Assembly: GCF_030684315.1 (NCBI RefSeq) | Contig: NC_081377.1 | Span: forward strand, 10,664,001-10,728,000 | From: Stegostoma tigrinum | Taxonomy: Eukaryota | Reading direction: 5' to 3' | DNA: 64,000 nucleotides | In this document: piece by piece, positions 1-12,119 of the stretch | How the letters are laid out: each line of letters opens with the position of its first letter | Position numbering within the stretch: position 1 is the first letter of the stretch | The notes under the pieces: model-generated | Told to the model about the DNA's origin: nothing | The model's database searches: none | Seen by the model: only the letters and a program-made list of their open reading frames with translations | Translations under genes and position numbers: made by a program

Positions 1-330
1 GAGGGGCAGGGACAAAGTGTATAACCAAGGTCTTTTTCCAAAGGTGGGCGAGTCCAAAACTAGAGGGCATTGGTTTAAGACGAGAGGAGAAAGATTTTAA
101 AAGGATATGAGGGATAACTTTTTCATGCAGAGGATGGTCCATGTATGAAATAAGCTGCCAGAGGAAATGGTGGAGATAGGTACAATTACAATATTTAAAA
201 AGCATATGGATGGGTTTAAAAATAGGAAGGGTTAGAGGGATATGGGCCAAATGGTGGCAAATGGGACCAGGTTAGATTGAGATGTCTGTTTGGCATGGAT
301 CAGCTGGGCTGAAGAGTCTGCACTTTGTGT
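1..330 (+). mobile_element. CR1/HER1 LINE 3' end
   Basis: Decayed CR1 ORF2 C-terminus (..SKTRGHWFK..ERF..DMRDNFFMQR..) followed by the shark CR1 3'UTR (gggatatgggccaaatg..ctgggctgaagagtctg). Confidence 0.8.
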
Positions 331-631
331 CTAACATCACAGAGAAAGACACAAGACACGTCCCTGTCATATTTAAGATCCAAGTATCCGGTGAGAGTGT
401 ATAACTGAAAGAAATTAGTATTGGTAAAATTGTAGTATTGGAGGAATAAATAAGACTGAAAGTTAACAAATCTCTTGGACCCAATGACCTTTACTGTACG
501 GTATTGAAAGAGACGGCTACAGAGACAGTGTGTGCATTAGTGGTAATCTTTTAAAATTACATCTGAAATGTAACCCAACTGTTTAAGCAAGGAGCAAAAG
601 AGAAAACGAGGATCTACAGACCTGTTAGATA

Positions 632-875
632 AACAGGAGGCTGGAAGAAAACAGCAGGCCAGGCAGTATGTGGATTTGGGGGCAGGGGGAGCTGCAGGTA
701 AAGGGGAGGGAGGGGTGGAAGTGGAATGCTGGTGATAGGTGGATACTGGTGGTTGGTACGACCTGGTTGGTCAATGGGAGGGACAAATCCAGTTGGTGGC
801 TGGAAGGAAGGTCAGAAGGTGGAATGGAAGAAAGGAGGTGGGGCTAGAAGGGGAAGAGGGAATGGGTGGGAACAG
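632..875 (-). mobile_element. PLE 3'UTR fragment
   Basis: Starts with ggctggaagaaaacagcaggccaggcag, like the other PLE termini, then purine-rich 3'UTR in antisense. Confidence 0.5.
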
Positions 876-1346
876 ACCTGTTACTTTGACGTCAGTGGGA
901 GAAAAATACTCGATGCTATTATGAACCTTACTGATGGATATTTCAAAAAGGATTATCAATTTGGATAGAGTAAACATTATTTTATGAAGTGAAAATTATT
1001 AGAATTAGAACCTATTAGAATTTTTTGACAATATTATTCAGAGTTGACCAATGTATTTGGATTGTCAGGAGTCCCAGGCAGAAGGTCAATACACAAAATA
1101 AAGCATATAGGATTGAAGGCAATACACTAATGTGGATTGAGGATTTATTAACAGGCAGAAAGCAAAGAGCAGGAATGAATGAGTCATTCCTTGACAACCT
1201 GTGATCAGGGGTATCACAAGAATCAGTGCTTGCTCTTCAGTTGTTCACAACCTATATTAATTATTTGGATGTGGGGGTGGGGTGGAGGCACGGTCCAATT
1301 GTAATGTTTCCAAGTTTACAGATGATACAAAACTTAGTTGGAATAT

Positions 1347-1447
1347 AAACAAAAACAAAGTTGCTGGAAAAGCTCAGCAGGTCTGGGGGCATCTGTGAAG
1401 GAAAAAAGACAGTTAACGTTTCGGGTCCGGTGACACTTCCTCAGAGC
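1347..1447 (-). mobile_element. PLE terminal fragment with hammerhead motif
   Basis: Minus strand reads CTGAGGAAGTGTCACCGGACCCGAAACGTTAAC. Flanked by an 18-bp direct repeat acttagttgg(a/c)atataaa (1332-1349, 1452-1469). Confidence 0.8.
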
Positions 1448-3716
1448 TTTTACTTAGTTGGCATATAAATTGACAAGAGGATGCAAAGAGGCTTCAAGGA
1501 GATTGAGACAGGCTGAGTGACTGGGAGAGAGCATGACAGATAAAACACAATATAACAAAGTGTGAGTTATTCACTTTAGTACGAGAAATGAAGGTGCAGA
1601 ATACTTCTTAAATGATAAGAGATTGGGAAATGTTGATATCCAGAGGGATTTTTCTCATGTCAAATTATTGACAGAATTGTTTATGAAATTTATCCTGAAT
1701 TTACTCTGAATAATGCATAATAGTTGGCAGCTTTAAATTTCATGCACTTGCTCACAGAATCATCTCCTTTAGATAAGCAGGCTCAAGGCAAACAAACATC
1801 TATTAACCTGAGGAATACATGCACGAAGGGTTTGATTTACTATTGAAGCCATGACAGAATTCTATAACATACAATAAAGTGGGTACCACCAGCAGTGTTA
1901 AAAGTCACAACCTCACCAAGCTGTCATGCTTCAGGGTAGCTTTGAACTACCACTGAGGACATCTTGAATATAAGCTAGGTCTGGGAAACAAATCCCGAGT
2001 GCATGTTTCTATTCAAGTCACATAATCTATATCTTTCCTCATGGACAAGTGATAACAGCTTGAAAGAGCAAAGCAGTCTTTAAGATTGACTGGCTTTTAA
2101 AGGTCCAGGGAATTATGGACTTCATCCATATGACATGACATGCTCTCTCACTAACTGCATGAATGGGAAAATACTTCACCTTATGAATGTTCAGCCTGCT
2201 TTCAACCACCAGCATCATATTATGCAAGTCATTGTTCACCTTATAGCCAGCTGTCATAATATCTTCCTTTTAGGAAACTCCACTGTCACATCACTATTAA
2301 GTTTCAGAAAATTAGGTCTTTTGATAGTTCCTGAACAATCAAGGCTATTCTCTGCAGCCATGCTGTTTGCCGTTGTGACGGCATTCAGGATATGATCTGA
2401 ATAGCAGTATAATGCAGTACCCACATCAAGCCAAGTAACCATTGAGCACCCTGTTGCTAAGAAAAGAAATGCTTCAGATTCTTGGTTTAAAAAGTTTAAA
2501 TTTGAAAGATTGTGATAACCTTTCCATGAAGACCAACTTTCATTTACAAAGAGGTATCACAAGGAATCATAATATTTAAACCATGGTGTTCCCCATTGTA
2601 TCTGGACCATCCCTGGAGCCAAAACATGAAGCCCCTGTAGGACAACCTAACTAAATGTGCCAGAGAAGAAGGAGTGATGTGGCACAGGAAATTTTTGCTG
2701 TTTGTCACTGAAATTCATGAAGTGCTCATGTAAAAGACTTCCATGAAAATTCAATGTGACCACTGCATGAACAGGCCTGTCTAAGCTTTTCCCATTCATC
2801 CTGCCCACATGTATTCACATAAAGATGACTCTAAGAGGTATGAGCAATGCTTTGACAAAATTTGGGAACAAGTTGCCTCAGAATAATATAAATTGAAACA
2901 TATATTTCATAGCTCAATCCTAATCCAATTGTGTGTGTGTGTGTTGGATAAAACCTGAACGTATTTGGGAGCATCCCTGGAGAGAGAACCAGAGTTAATG
3001 TTTCATGTCCAGTATGAATCTTTGAAATCGTGTGTGTGTTCAGTTTACTGACACAACACCATTAGTACCCCTCTAATACACTGGCACAGCACTCTGGAAG
3101 CACAGCCCTGTGTTGAAAGGCCCAATAGCATCTGTCTCAGAAGATACTCTAAGGACACTGCGTGTCGAGGCAAGCACTCAGCTTACAGACTGGACCAGGC
3201 TCCAATTCGGCACTGGCCACTTACTTTCTTAGCATTCTGTCACTAAGTGCTGACATGGATGTCCACATGGATGTCAGATGACTCGCTGCACTTTTACAGC
3301 TTCTAGGCAATTAATGTCATTGTGTCCCACTTTCCGGTCTGCTGCGCATGTTCCTCTATGTGTTCATAGACAAAGTCCCTGACTGCTTATAACACAAGTT
3401 CCTCTCCTGCCTGGAGCTGTGCAAGTACCTAGTGTCTGGCAACAACCTTCCCCACCCATCAACCCCCAGCCCAAGCACCAGTGACCTCAGATATTTCTTC
3501 CTCATCCAGCTATAGAGCTGTTGCAGTGAAGTGGTCACCAGATTGTGCTCCCACACTCTCTAAACCCCACTTCCCCACAAAGGTGTCAGTTTCTGAGGAG
3601 ATGTTGGGTGTGAGAGGCAGCTTTGCTGGTGCTTTCTTGGTACCCTACCCCTCAGAGGTCAAGGAAATGGCTTCTGGGTAATTCAGCCATTTCATTGCAG
3701 AGGTTGTGGAGATGTG

Positions 3717-4021
3717 GGTGGCATGGTGGCTCAGTGGTTAGCACTGCTGCCTCAGAGCGCAAGGGACCTGGTTTCGACTGTCTGTGTGGAATTTGCACAT
3801 TCTGCCAGTGTCGGCGTGCGTTTTCTCCAGGTGCTCCGGTTTCCTGCCACCGTCCAAAGATGTACAGGCTAGGTGATTAGGCCATGTTAAATTGTCCATG
3901 GTGTTTAGGGATGTGTAGATTAGGTGGGTTTGGGGAATGGATCTGGGTGGGATGTTCTCAGGATCGGTGTGGATTTGTTGGGCCAAAGGGCCAGTTTCCA
4001 CACTGTAGGGATTCTATGATT
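3717..4021 (+). mobile_element. HE1 SINE (tRNA-derived V-SINE)
   Basis: A-box tggctcagtggttagcactgctgcctca, V-domain gtgctccggtttcctgccac..ccaaagatgt, and CR1-type tail ccacactgtagggattctatgat. Confidence 0.9.
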
Positions 4022-4445
4022 ATGTGTATTTGATTCTATGTTGGTGGTGCCTGCAAAACACTAGAGAGAGGAGCCATTGTTAGAAAGTGATGTGTAAACA
4101 TTGGCACTGACAATGTGGTTAATGTGAGAGCTGCAATAAAATGAGGAGTGGTACTTACTCAGTTGATGGAGCATGAATCGACACAGGAGTGGTCCTGATC
4201 CTCTCGCATGGTGCCATGGTTTTCTTCCCAAATGGGATAAGGAGGCTACTGTCTGGCACTCTACCCATATAGCTTTATTTAATTATGTGCTATCTTCTCC
4301 TGCAGGGTGTTAAGTGAGATGAACATGGATCACATGACCACTGTAGGTCATAAGGTGGTGTCGTGTTCCAAAGAAGTAAGATGGCAATGCAAAGGACCTG
4401 CAAGTTTAGTGGTGAGTGAGATTGTGCAGTTTGAGAGAAGGAAGG

Positions 4446-4451
<6 letters not shown>

Positions 4452-4476
<25 letters not shown>
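4452..4476. repeat. (GA)n microsatellite
   Basis: Direct read of the sequence. Confidence 0.9.
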
Positions 4477-4564
4477 AGATATTGCAGGCAATATTGACTG
4501 TGGTGGAGTATGATCCTTGATGGAATGTGGGTGCAATAGAAGGAATAGAGTGACTGTGAGATTG

Positions 4565-4790
4565 CATAGAGAAGAGTGTGGCGCTTACCCTGTCAGAGCA
4601 GAGAAGTTCTTATGACATTGCTGACCACTCCACTGGACGACAACTGACCCCTATCAGGCTAGTGTCATGGTCTCATGCACCAGTATTTATGAAGAAGACA
4701 GCCTTCCTCCGCACCAACCCCTCAACCAGGTCATCCAGGTCCTTGTCAGAGAATTACAGGTCTATTTTCCTCTTCCCTCACATGTTCACA
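4565..4790 (-). mobile_element. Harbinger/PIF-type Myb/SANT-like ORF remnant
   Basis: Minus strand translates GKRKIDL*FSDKDLDDLVEGLVRRKAVFF and ends at a gtaag donor. This resembles the PxFSdxdLexLvegv.rRr.vLF start of Harbinger Myb/SANT proteins. Confidence 0.55.
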
Positions 4791-4868
4791 TTCCATCTTT
4801 GACTGAGTGGACAGCTTTGGAATGCCAGTCTACATCCAGGTGCACATCAGCCTTTTAAAGATGTCGTG

Positions 4869-5454
4869 TGTTATGGACCAGGCCAGAACCCCTGATTTTT
4901 TTTTTAACAAAGGCAGCCTAGACCTAACTTTTTCTTATTTTTAATGCAGATGTGAAGTGGGTGTTGTAAGTGTTATGCAACTTGTCAAACCACTTGACTT
5001 TAAGCAAAACAAAATTTAATCAGACACTAGAGTTGAAACACAAACAAAAAAAAAGCAGAATTTAGATTAAATATTGGAAAACCAAACTCACTCAATACAG
5101 CAAATTAACTTATTCACTGTTCCAATATAGTAACTTATTATAAATACACAACTTGACAAAAACGTAAATTCAAACACGGATTCTTACAAGCAGGAGGGAA
5201 CAACATCGAGAGAGAGAGATTTCAGAGAAAGTCAGAGGAATCCTTTATGGAAGATTGCCACACTTCTGGTACTCAAAACATCTTGTGACTGCTACGGCTA
5301 AAATAAACTAGGCAAAAATCTGAACTGGGAGAATTGGCCTCTCCCCTACCATTGTTAAACTATTGTTCCCTAGACTCTTCTGCATCTCTGCAATTACAAC
5401 CTCCCTTCAAAACCCAGGACAAAATAACCTTTTTAAAGTAACAGCATTGTCGCA
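4869..5454 (-). mobile_element. Solo LTR (same family as 14760-15365, opposite orientation)
   Basis: TGTTAT...TGTCGCA termini. The ends are reverse complements of the ends of 14760-15365. Possible 4-bp target duplication cgtg/cctg. Strand is relative to the other copy. Confidence 0.6.
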
Positions 5455-6854
5455 CCTGGGTGTGAGGCTTTGGTCTTTCAGTGCATATCCACTGAGTTCT
5501 GTGATGTTCTGGGAATGGCACGTGGAAAAGTGGGACTGGAATCAGAAGATAAGGGCACGATTGGTCATTAATAAGATGGGTTTGGTAAGACAGAATGAGA
5601 AAACGTATTGGACCGTGTGACAAAAATTCCTCCAAACAGCTCAACACAACTTGAACTTAACCAGAAAAAAAAAAGCTAGCCCAGGGAAGTTGAAACTTCT
5701 TCATATTTCATAGGGTGACCATTGACGCCCTGGCACAGTTGAAGGATATGTCTGGGGATCTTTCAGCAGTGACAAAGTGAACTTTGCAGCAACTCATTAA
5801 CTTCAGCCACTCACAGTTTGTCATGCAGGGGATAATTGATTTCAGATCAGCACAGGTTGTGTGCCGATATACATGTATGGAATATATACAAAATAGGAAC
5901 TGAGCTGAATTGAAAGAAATCAGTTTGCAAGTTGGTTGTTTATTGATTAGTCCTGCATAAAATTATTCACCGTTCATCAGCAACCAATATGTCATTCAAT
6001 CTTTCCAATTGTTCAATAAATTACTGTGACAAATGTTAAAATCCTGTAAATTTCCCAGTATCATTATTTATTCTATTAAAGTCTGAATCCTTGTAACACT
6101 TCATGTGTTACAGTACTGCACTAAGTAAAGATAGCTGTGATGTGTTTAATGCTTTATTGTACTCAGTGTTTGGATGACACTCAGAAACTAATTAAGCTTT
6201 GCTGCTGTTGGCTTGAAATGACTAGCATACAACTCTTGTAACATACTCTTATTTTCTGCTAATGATATACACAAATGTCTTCCTTATTATTCACAGTACC
6301 CTGTTGGTTGTTAATGAACCATTCTCAATTTGACAGAGGAGAGTTGTATTTTCATATCAATGTCACTACACATGGCTCAAAGAATCTGCAATTCTGTTCA
6401 AGATGGTAAGAAACAGATGCAAATTCTAATTAACAAGTTGACATAAAATAAAAAACAGAAGGACAGTCAAGAATGAGAAATGGATACTCCTTCCATCAAA
6501 ACTCAGTCATCGAACTTTCCCAGTTAATTCTGCCCTGCCATGCTCTTTTCTTTACATTATTATATGACAGCTTATGTCAAACAATTAGCACATTTTCAAG
6601 AAAATAGTCTTTTTCTCTAAAAACAACTTTAAATATATGATCATTTATGCCTGTCATTCTAATGTCTTGAATTATCTGGAAGCATTGTATATCTTGCCTT
6701 AGTAATTGACCAATTTATTATAAATTGTCAAACCCTTCTAATGGTTTGGTCTGCTATTCTGGCTCCAAATGTGTAAATCCACAAGGCTTTACTTGCTTTG
6801 TATGTAAGTAGGCATGAGGTGGATGTGTGGTCTTAGACTGGGGTGGGCAAAGTC

Positions 6855-7018
6855 AGACATCACGCAACACCAGATTATATCCAACAGGTTTATTTGAAAA
6901 CACAAGCTTTTGGAGCACTGCTGCTTCATCAGGTGAAGTCCTGGTGAAGGGACAGGTCTCCGAAAGCTTGTGAATTCAAATAAACCTGTCAGACTATAGC
7001 CTGATGTTGTGTGACTTC
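6855..7018. mobile_element. Palindromic PLE-derived mini-element (family B) with hammerhead remnants on both strands
   Basis: ~80-bp inverted arms around tgaagt. Minus CTGATGAAGCAGCAGTGCTCCAAAAGCTT, plus CTGGTGAAGGGACAGGTCTCCGAAAGCTT. Confidence 0.75.
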
Positions 7019-7625
7019 AAAGATGTGTAAGTACCTCAGAGGATTATGTCGACTTTGTGGTTTAAAGTATTACCAGAACAAAGCTCACATGGAAATTTAG
7101 GACAGCAACAACAGCAAAAAGAGTAACAAGAATGTACCTTATGTTTATTCAGTACATTCAACATAATGATACATGCTGCGACACTTCACAGGAACATGAC
7201 AAAACAAAATCTGACACCAAGCCACATAACGAGATATTAGTTTAGTTGATCTGATTTTAAGTAGTAGCTTAAAGAAGGAAAGCAAGGTGGTGAGAGGTCA
7301 GGAACAAATTCCAGATTTTGGATCCAAAACAATTGAAGGCATGGCTACCAATGATGAAACAATAATAAATAGGAACATTTCAAAAAAGAATAGAATTTGA
7401 AGAGCAAAAATATCTTGGAGGGACGTGACAATATGCTATATTACTTTTCAGGCTTGGCATTTAATTAATGTAAATCAGGTTACATGATGGCTGCTGTCCA
7501 GAGCAAATATAAAAGTAATAAGAGGAAAGGAAATTATAGGACTGCTAGATTTTGCTGCCAAGTAGTGATCAATATAAATGATACATCTCCTAATTACAAT
7601 TCTCTGGTATTTACCATGTTCATAT

Positions 7626-8609
7626 TGTTATAAAGCAGAGGTTGACGCCCAAACCTCTGATAATTATATCCAAAACACCCAGAGAGGAGCGTTTCACCCT
7701 ATAATCTGTTAAAAACAATGTGAGAAGGGGTGTAAGTTTGTGATCAGAGACAATGGGAACTGCAGATGCTGGAGAATCCAAAATAACAAAGTGTGAAGCT
7801 GGATGAACACAGCAGGCCAAGCGGCATCTTAGGAGCACAAAAGCTGACGTTTCGGGCCTAGACCATTCATCAGAGAGCTCTCTGTGTTCATCCAGCTTCA
7901 CACTTTGTTATCTGAGAAGTGGTGTAATCCATTTTTCTCAGCAACTTCTAGTGGTTAATTAAAATAAATCCCTGATACTCACTTTACGATCAACAAGTAA
8001 CAATTTATTTATGTAAACCTAACAGTGAACAAATTAACTAAATTGGGAACAAACTCAATAAAATCCTTCTGTGCTGTTCTGTGCCTTCTCTGTCAAATGT
8101 TCTGTCAGGAACACCTCCTCTGTCAAATTCTTCTGTCAGGAATATTAACTAGTTGTGCCGTAGGTACCTTTGTCTTAGATGGTGCTTTCTCTCAAACTTA
8201 AAGAAGACTGTGGGAGCTAATAATTCTCTCTTGAGAGTTGAGATATTAACTCTTGCAGTTGGCAGTTCACACTTCTGTCTTTGCCCAATTGCCCCTTCTT
8301 TTAGACACTTGATGACATATCAATATTCATTGCAATAGGGTTGGCTGTATGTGGTCAAAATCATCAGATTTAAATTTAATTGATTTTTGTGGTATCTGGG
8401 TGCCTGGTTCAAATTACTTGGCTAAAATCAAACTTGCTGTCTTGATAACAAAACAAAAATGTTGCTTGGCCTGCTGACTACACAGCCTTTTGATTCAAAT
8501 ATTTCAGGAGCTCTGCTTACCTGGAAACCCACAAGCTGCTGCCCACACACATCCTTTTTGAATATCTAAAGCCTAGAAAAAGCACATCATCTTTTAAAGG
8601 GACCACACA
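7626..8609. mobile_element. Probable solo LTR-like repeat hosting a PLE insertion
   Basis: TGTTAT...CCACACA termini and LTR-like composition. Weak support. Confidence 0.35.
7745..7913 (-). mobile_element. Fold-back PLE terminal insertion with hammerhead
   Basis: Minus CTGATGAATGGTCTAGGCCCGAAACGTC (7846-7873), a short inverted arm, and flanking repeat tgagaag(g/t)ggtgtaa (7721-7735, 7913-7927). Confidence 0.8.
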
Positions 8610-11189
8610 CTGCTTTCCCCTTTAACATTCTACAAACACCAATATTCTAAATCCCTGCCTCCTAATGCAAAAACACTCTACTCAGCTTGCAATAATATTA
8701 TAGATTTTAGAATGTGGAATTTCAAAGATGCGCTCAAACATTTAAGGGGTGAGGAAAACTACTTCAAACTAAACTAAAATAATTCAAATTAAAGTGCCCA
8801 GTTTCAAACTCAGCTGTATAGTGCCAGTAGTTTAAGTACAACTGATGTAAAATTGATGCTACTTTGGCAGCCTACTGGGTTTGTGTTTACTTTCAATTTT
8901 AATGGGCAAACCATTGTACTTTATGGCCCGTTAAAAACCTCTTGACTTAGGAAGTTTTTTTTTAAGTTTAAGGGAAACACCCACAATGAGGAGAGAAATT
9001 CATGTTTCAGCTTTACTTTGTTTCAGACAGTTCTGTGAAGATCTTGCGTAGAGATCCATGTGTATGGCAATGCTTCTGAGAAGAGGAGAAGAGAGCAAAC
9101 TAAGTCACCTTATAGTAAGGAGTTAATGATACTTCTAGACTGGTAGCATTGGGATAAAACCCTGAACAGAGCTCGAAGCTGAGTTTAAATAAGCTATCAG
9201 AGATTCCAGCCTAGGAGTTACGGTCACTGTTACGTTAAACTGTCAAGGTGTTGGTGAAAGCAACTCTAATGAAAGCGTTGTACAATGGGAGCTGTTGGGA
9301 ACTGTACAAGAGATTTTGTTCTATTTTAAAGGGGTGTTTTACAAATAATGATAATAAATTTTGTCCTTATTGACAACTCTTTGAATTTGCATTATAAATG
9401 CACCATTTGCTTAATTGTTTTGTTCCTCTTTCTAATTAAGAGAAAATACACAGCACTGAACCAGACACTTCTTTTGATGTTAAATATTTGTTTTAATGTT
9501 ATAACAAAACCTACCACATCACTTCTGTTCCAACGAAAGGCCACGTCATTAAAATCAATACAAAACAAAATCTGATTCATCAAGTGAGGCTCAAGTTTCG
9601 TATCTGAGTTGTTCATGAATAATATTAGCTGGAATTATAATGACAGTCTATAGTTGAATGTATTTTCAGGAGCATGAGGGACTTTACTGAAAATGCATGT
9701 GTCCCCAGAAACCCTACAATGCAACCTAAAGGCATGACTTGGAATTTGCAGGTCAGTTGCCTTTCATGATCTACTTTTGGTCATATGTTAGTGGAAGAAA
9801 TAGTTGTTGGAGGATTGGTGAACAGTCATTATATGTTGGATGTTGCAAAGGTGCTTCTGAAAGCCCTTGGGCACTTCACATTCTCCCAGTAGTCATGGAA
9901 ATGGTTGCAGTTTCTCCTTGATTTGCAGTATTAGAGGAAGGTGGATCAGAACCTGCAGAGATTAGATTCTGCTTAAAGGCAGGAAGAGTTCGCATTCAGG
10001 GGTCTTAGAGAGAAAGCAAAAAGGAAAAATAGGGTTGAAAAGTCTGTCAGCTATTAAAGTAGATTATGAAGAAAACAAATATACAAAGCCAACTAAAACC
10101 AGAAGATGCAAAATAAGATGAGCTCTTTGGGAACAAGACAGCAAATACCATAAAGATTTCAATCACTCGAAATAACTTGACAAATGAGATCAGTCAGTGG
10201 TAAATCTGAAATAAGTCCTAGTTCTGGGTGCTCAGAATAAATAAACTCCCGAAAAAAAATGCGGTCCATGAAAGGAAAACTTGACAAAATAAATTGGAAT
10301 GACAGGCAATATCTGTTTTGACGATGGCAATTAGTGGCACTTTCAGACATATTCACCATCACAAACTCTAAAAAATCTGGATTTACCAAAAAAGATTATT
10401 TATATGTCGTAGAGACTTGTTAGTTTATGTGCTAATTTAAATAGTTAATCTTTCTTTTTGATAAGAGGAGAATGTTGTATGTCTACCTTGCCTTTAAACG
10501 AGCTCACTTTTAAGGACTCAGTCTGCAGTGCATGTGCAATATCACAAGCGAGTCTGTCAATTATTTTAGTTTAAGTTTTCAAGTTGCTCGCACAGAAGTA
10601 ATTTGCTCCACCGCAATGTCTTCCTCATAGCTTGTAATGTGTTTCACGTTTTAAATTGTGGAATTTCAAAAGAAGCAGTCAACCAGGAGCATACCATTAT
10701 ACTTGATTCAGTGACATGACCAGTCAAAATCTCAGTGACTGCCACACATAATCATTCTCAGTGCTCAATACCTTCTTCAATGGGAGAATTTTCAATTCTA
10801 CTATAATTATTTTGTTTCAATAAGACAAACAAGTAGTACAGAAAATCACAGCTTGGAACTTTAATTTAAAAAATAAAACTTTTGAGTTCCTCTGTTGTAA
10901 GAAAAAATATCGCAAGATTTCGGTCCATTAGTAGCTGCCGCTTCATACACTCTGGACACTGTCATTCTTAATGACTTCACTTTTTCTTTCGTTGTGTCTC
11001 AAGTCTTCAGCCATCTTCTGTTGCCAGGGCTGTAAACTCCACAAATGCCTGCTGTGCTTGCAATGTCAAAAACGTGAGACATATATGCCTTGTCAAGAGA
11101 ACATTTATAATTTGAAAATTGCTTCTGTTTTGATGCAAGACTAAAAGTCTTCATAAGTTGCTGCCACATATTTTCACTCATGCTTTTAA

Positions 11190-12100
11190 TTGAAGTCTGT
11201 GGTTCACTCCCTTCCTAATGGCATTATGAAGTATACCTACATGCAATGTACTGCAGTGGTGGTACAAAGCAGCTTCTTATCATCTTCTCAAGGGCGATTA
11301 GGGATGGGCAATGAAGGTTGGCCCAGCAAGTGACACCCACAAGCTATGAGTGAATAAAAAAACCTCACTGAGAATTGGTCCTGAGCATTATAGGAAACAA
11401 CATATTTCTGTCAGAAACTTCCTTGAGCCTCCAACACACCTTTTTCCTTTATTTATTCATAGGATGAGGGCATCGCTGACCAGGCAGCATTTATTGTACA
11501 TCCCTAATTGCCCAGGGGACAGTTCAGAGTCAACCACATTGCTGTGGGTCTGGAGTCACATATAAGTCAGACCAGGTAAGGATGGCTGTTTCCTTCCCTA
11601 AAGGACATTAGTGAACTAGTGGATTTTTTCAACAATTGACAATGGGTTTGTGGTCATCATGAAATAGTCAAGAACAATGGAACAGAGGTACAGCCTAAAT
11701 TTGTTTGAAAACAAGGTGCGTCTGAGAGTCAAAAAAAGATATAACTTGAATTTAAGAGTATCATTTCCAAACTGCAGTGCAGTAACTCACCATGTCTCCC
11801 TTGGCAGCACCTTCCAAACAGATAACATCTATCATTTAGAAGCCCAAGAGAAGGAAATGAGAGTGTCACCATTTGCAAGTTTCCCTTCAAACACATATCA
11901 TCCTACTTGGAACAACATTGCTATTCATTCACTATTGCTGCATCAAAATCCTGGCATTCCCTTTCTAACTGCATTGTGGGTTTACCTAGTCCGCAATAGA
12001 TGGCAGTGGCTCAAGCAGGCAGTTCACTCATCACTTTCGCAAATGCAATTGGGAATGGAGATAAAAGCTGGCCTGACCACCTGAGCACTCATCTAGAGAA
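11190..12100. mobile_element. Cluster of LINE 3' ends and a SINE-like repeat sharing the gggcaattagggatgggcaataaatgctgg tail (+ 11190-11360, - 11451-11660, + 11800-12100)
   Basis: Shared tail motif. The 11451-11660 copy matches 62660-62920 and, in reverse, 36795-37010. Confidence 0.65.
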
Positions 12101-12119
12101 AGAATTTTAAAAGAAAACA

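Larger units (their letters stand above)
395..1660 (+). mobile_element. Decayed CR1 LINE RT fragment, interrupted by two PLE fragments
   Basis: Motif remnants KSLGPNDL (~468), MWIEDLLTGRKQRAG (~1130), G.SQESVL (~1210) and SKFTDDTKL (FADD motif, ~1308-1335). Confidence 0.75.

Noticed and set aside
676-860. G-rich tracts suggesting G-quadruplexes
   Set aside because: Explained by the purine/pyrimidine-skewed PLE 3'UTR.
2254-2395. Possible terminal exon (DHILNAV..KRKIL*)
   Set aside because: No recognisable homology or linked upstream exons.
3717-3790. tRNA gene
   Set aside because: It is the tRNA-derived head of an HE1 SINE and continues into the V-domain.
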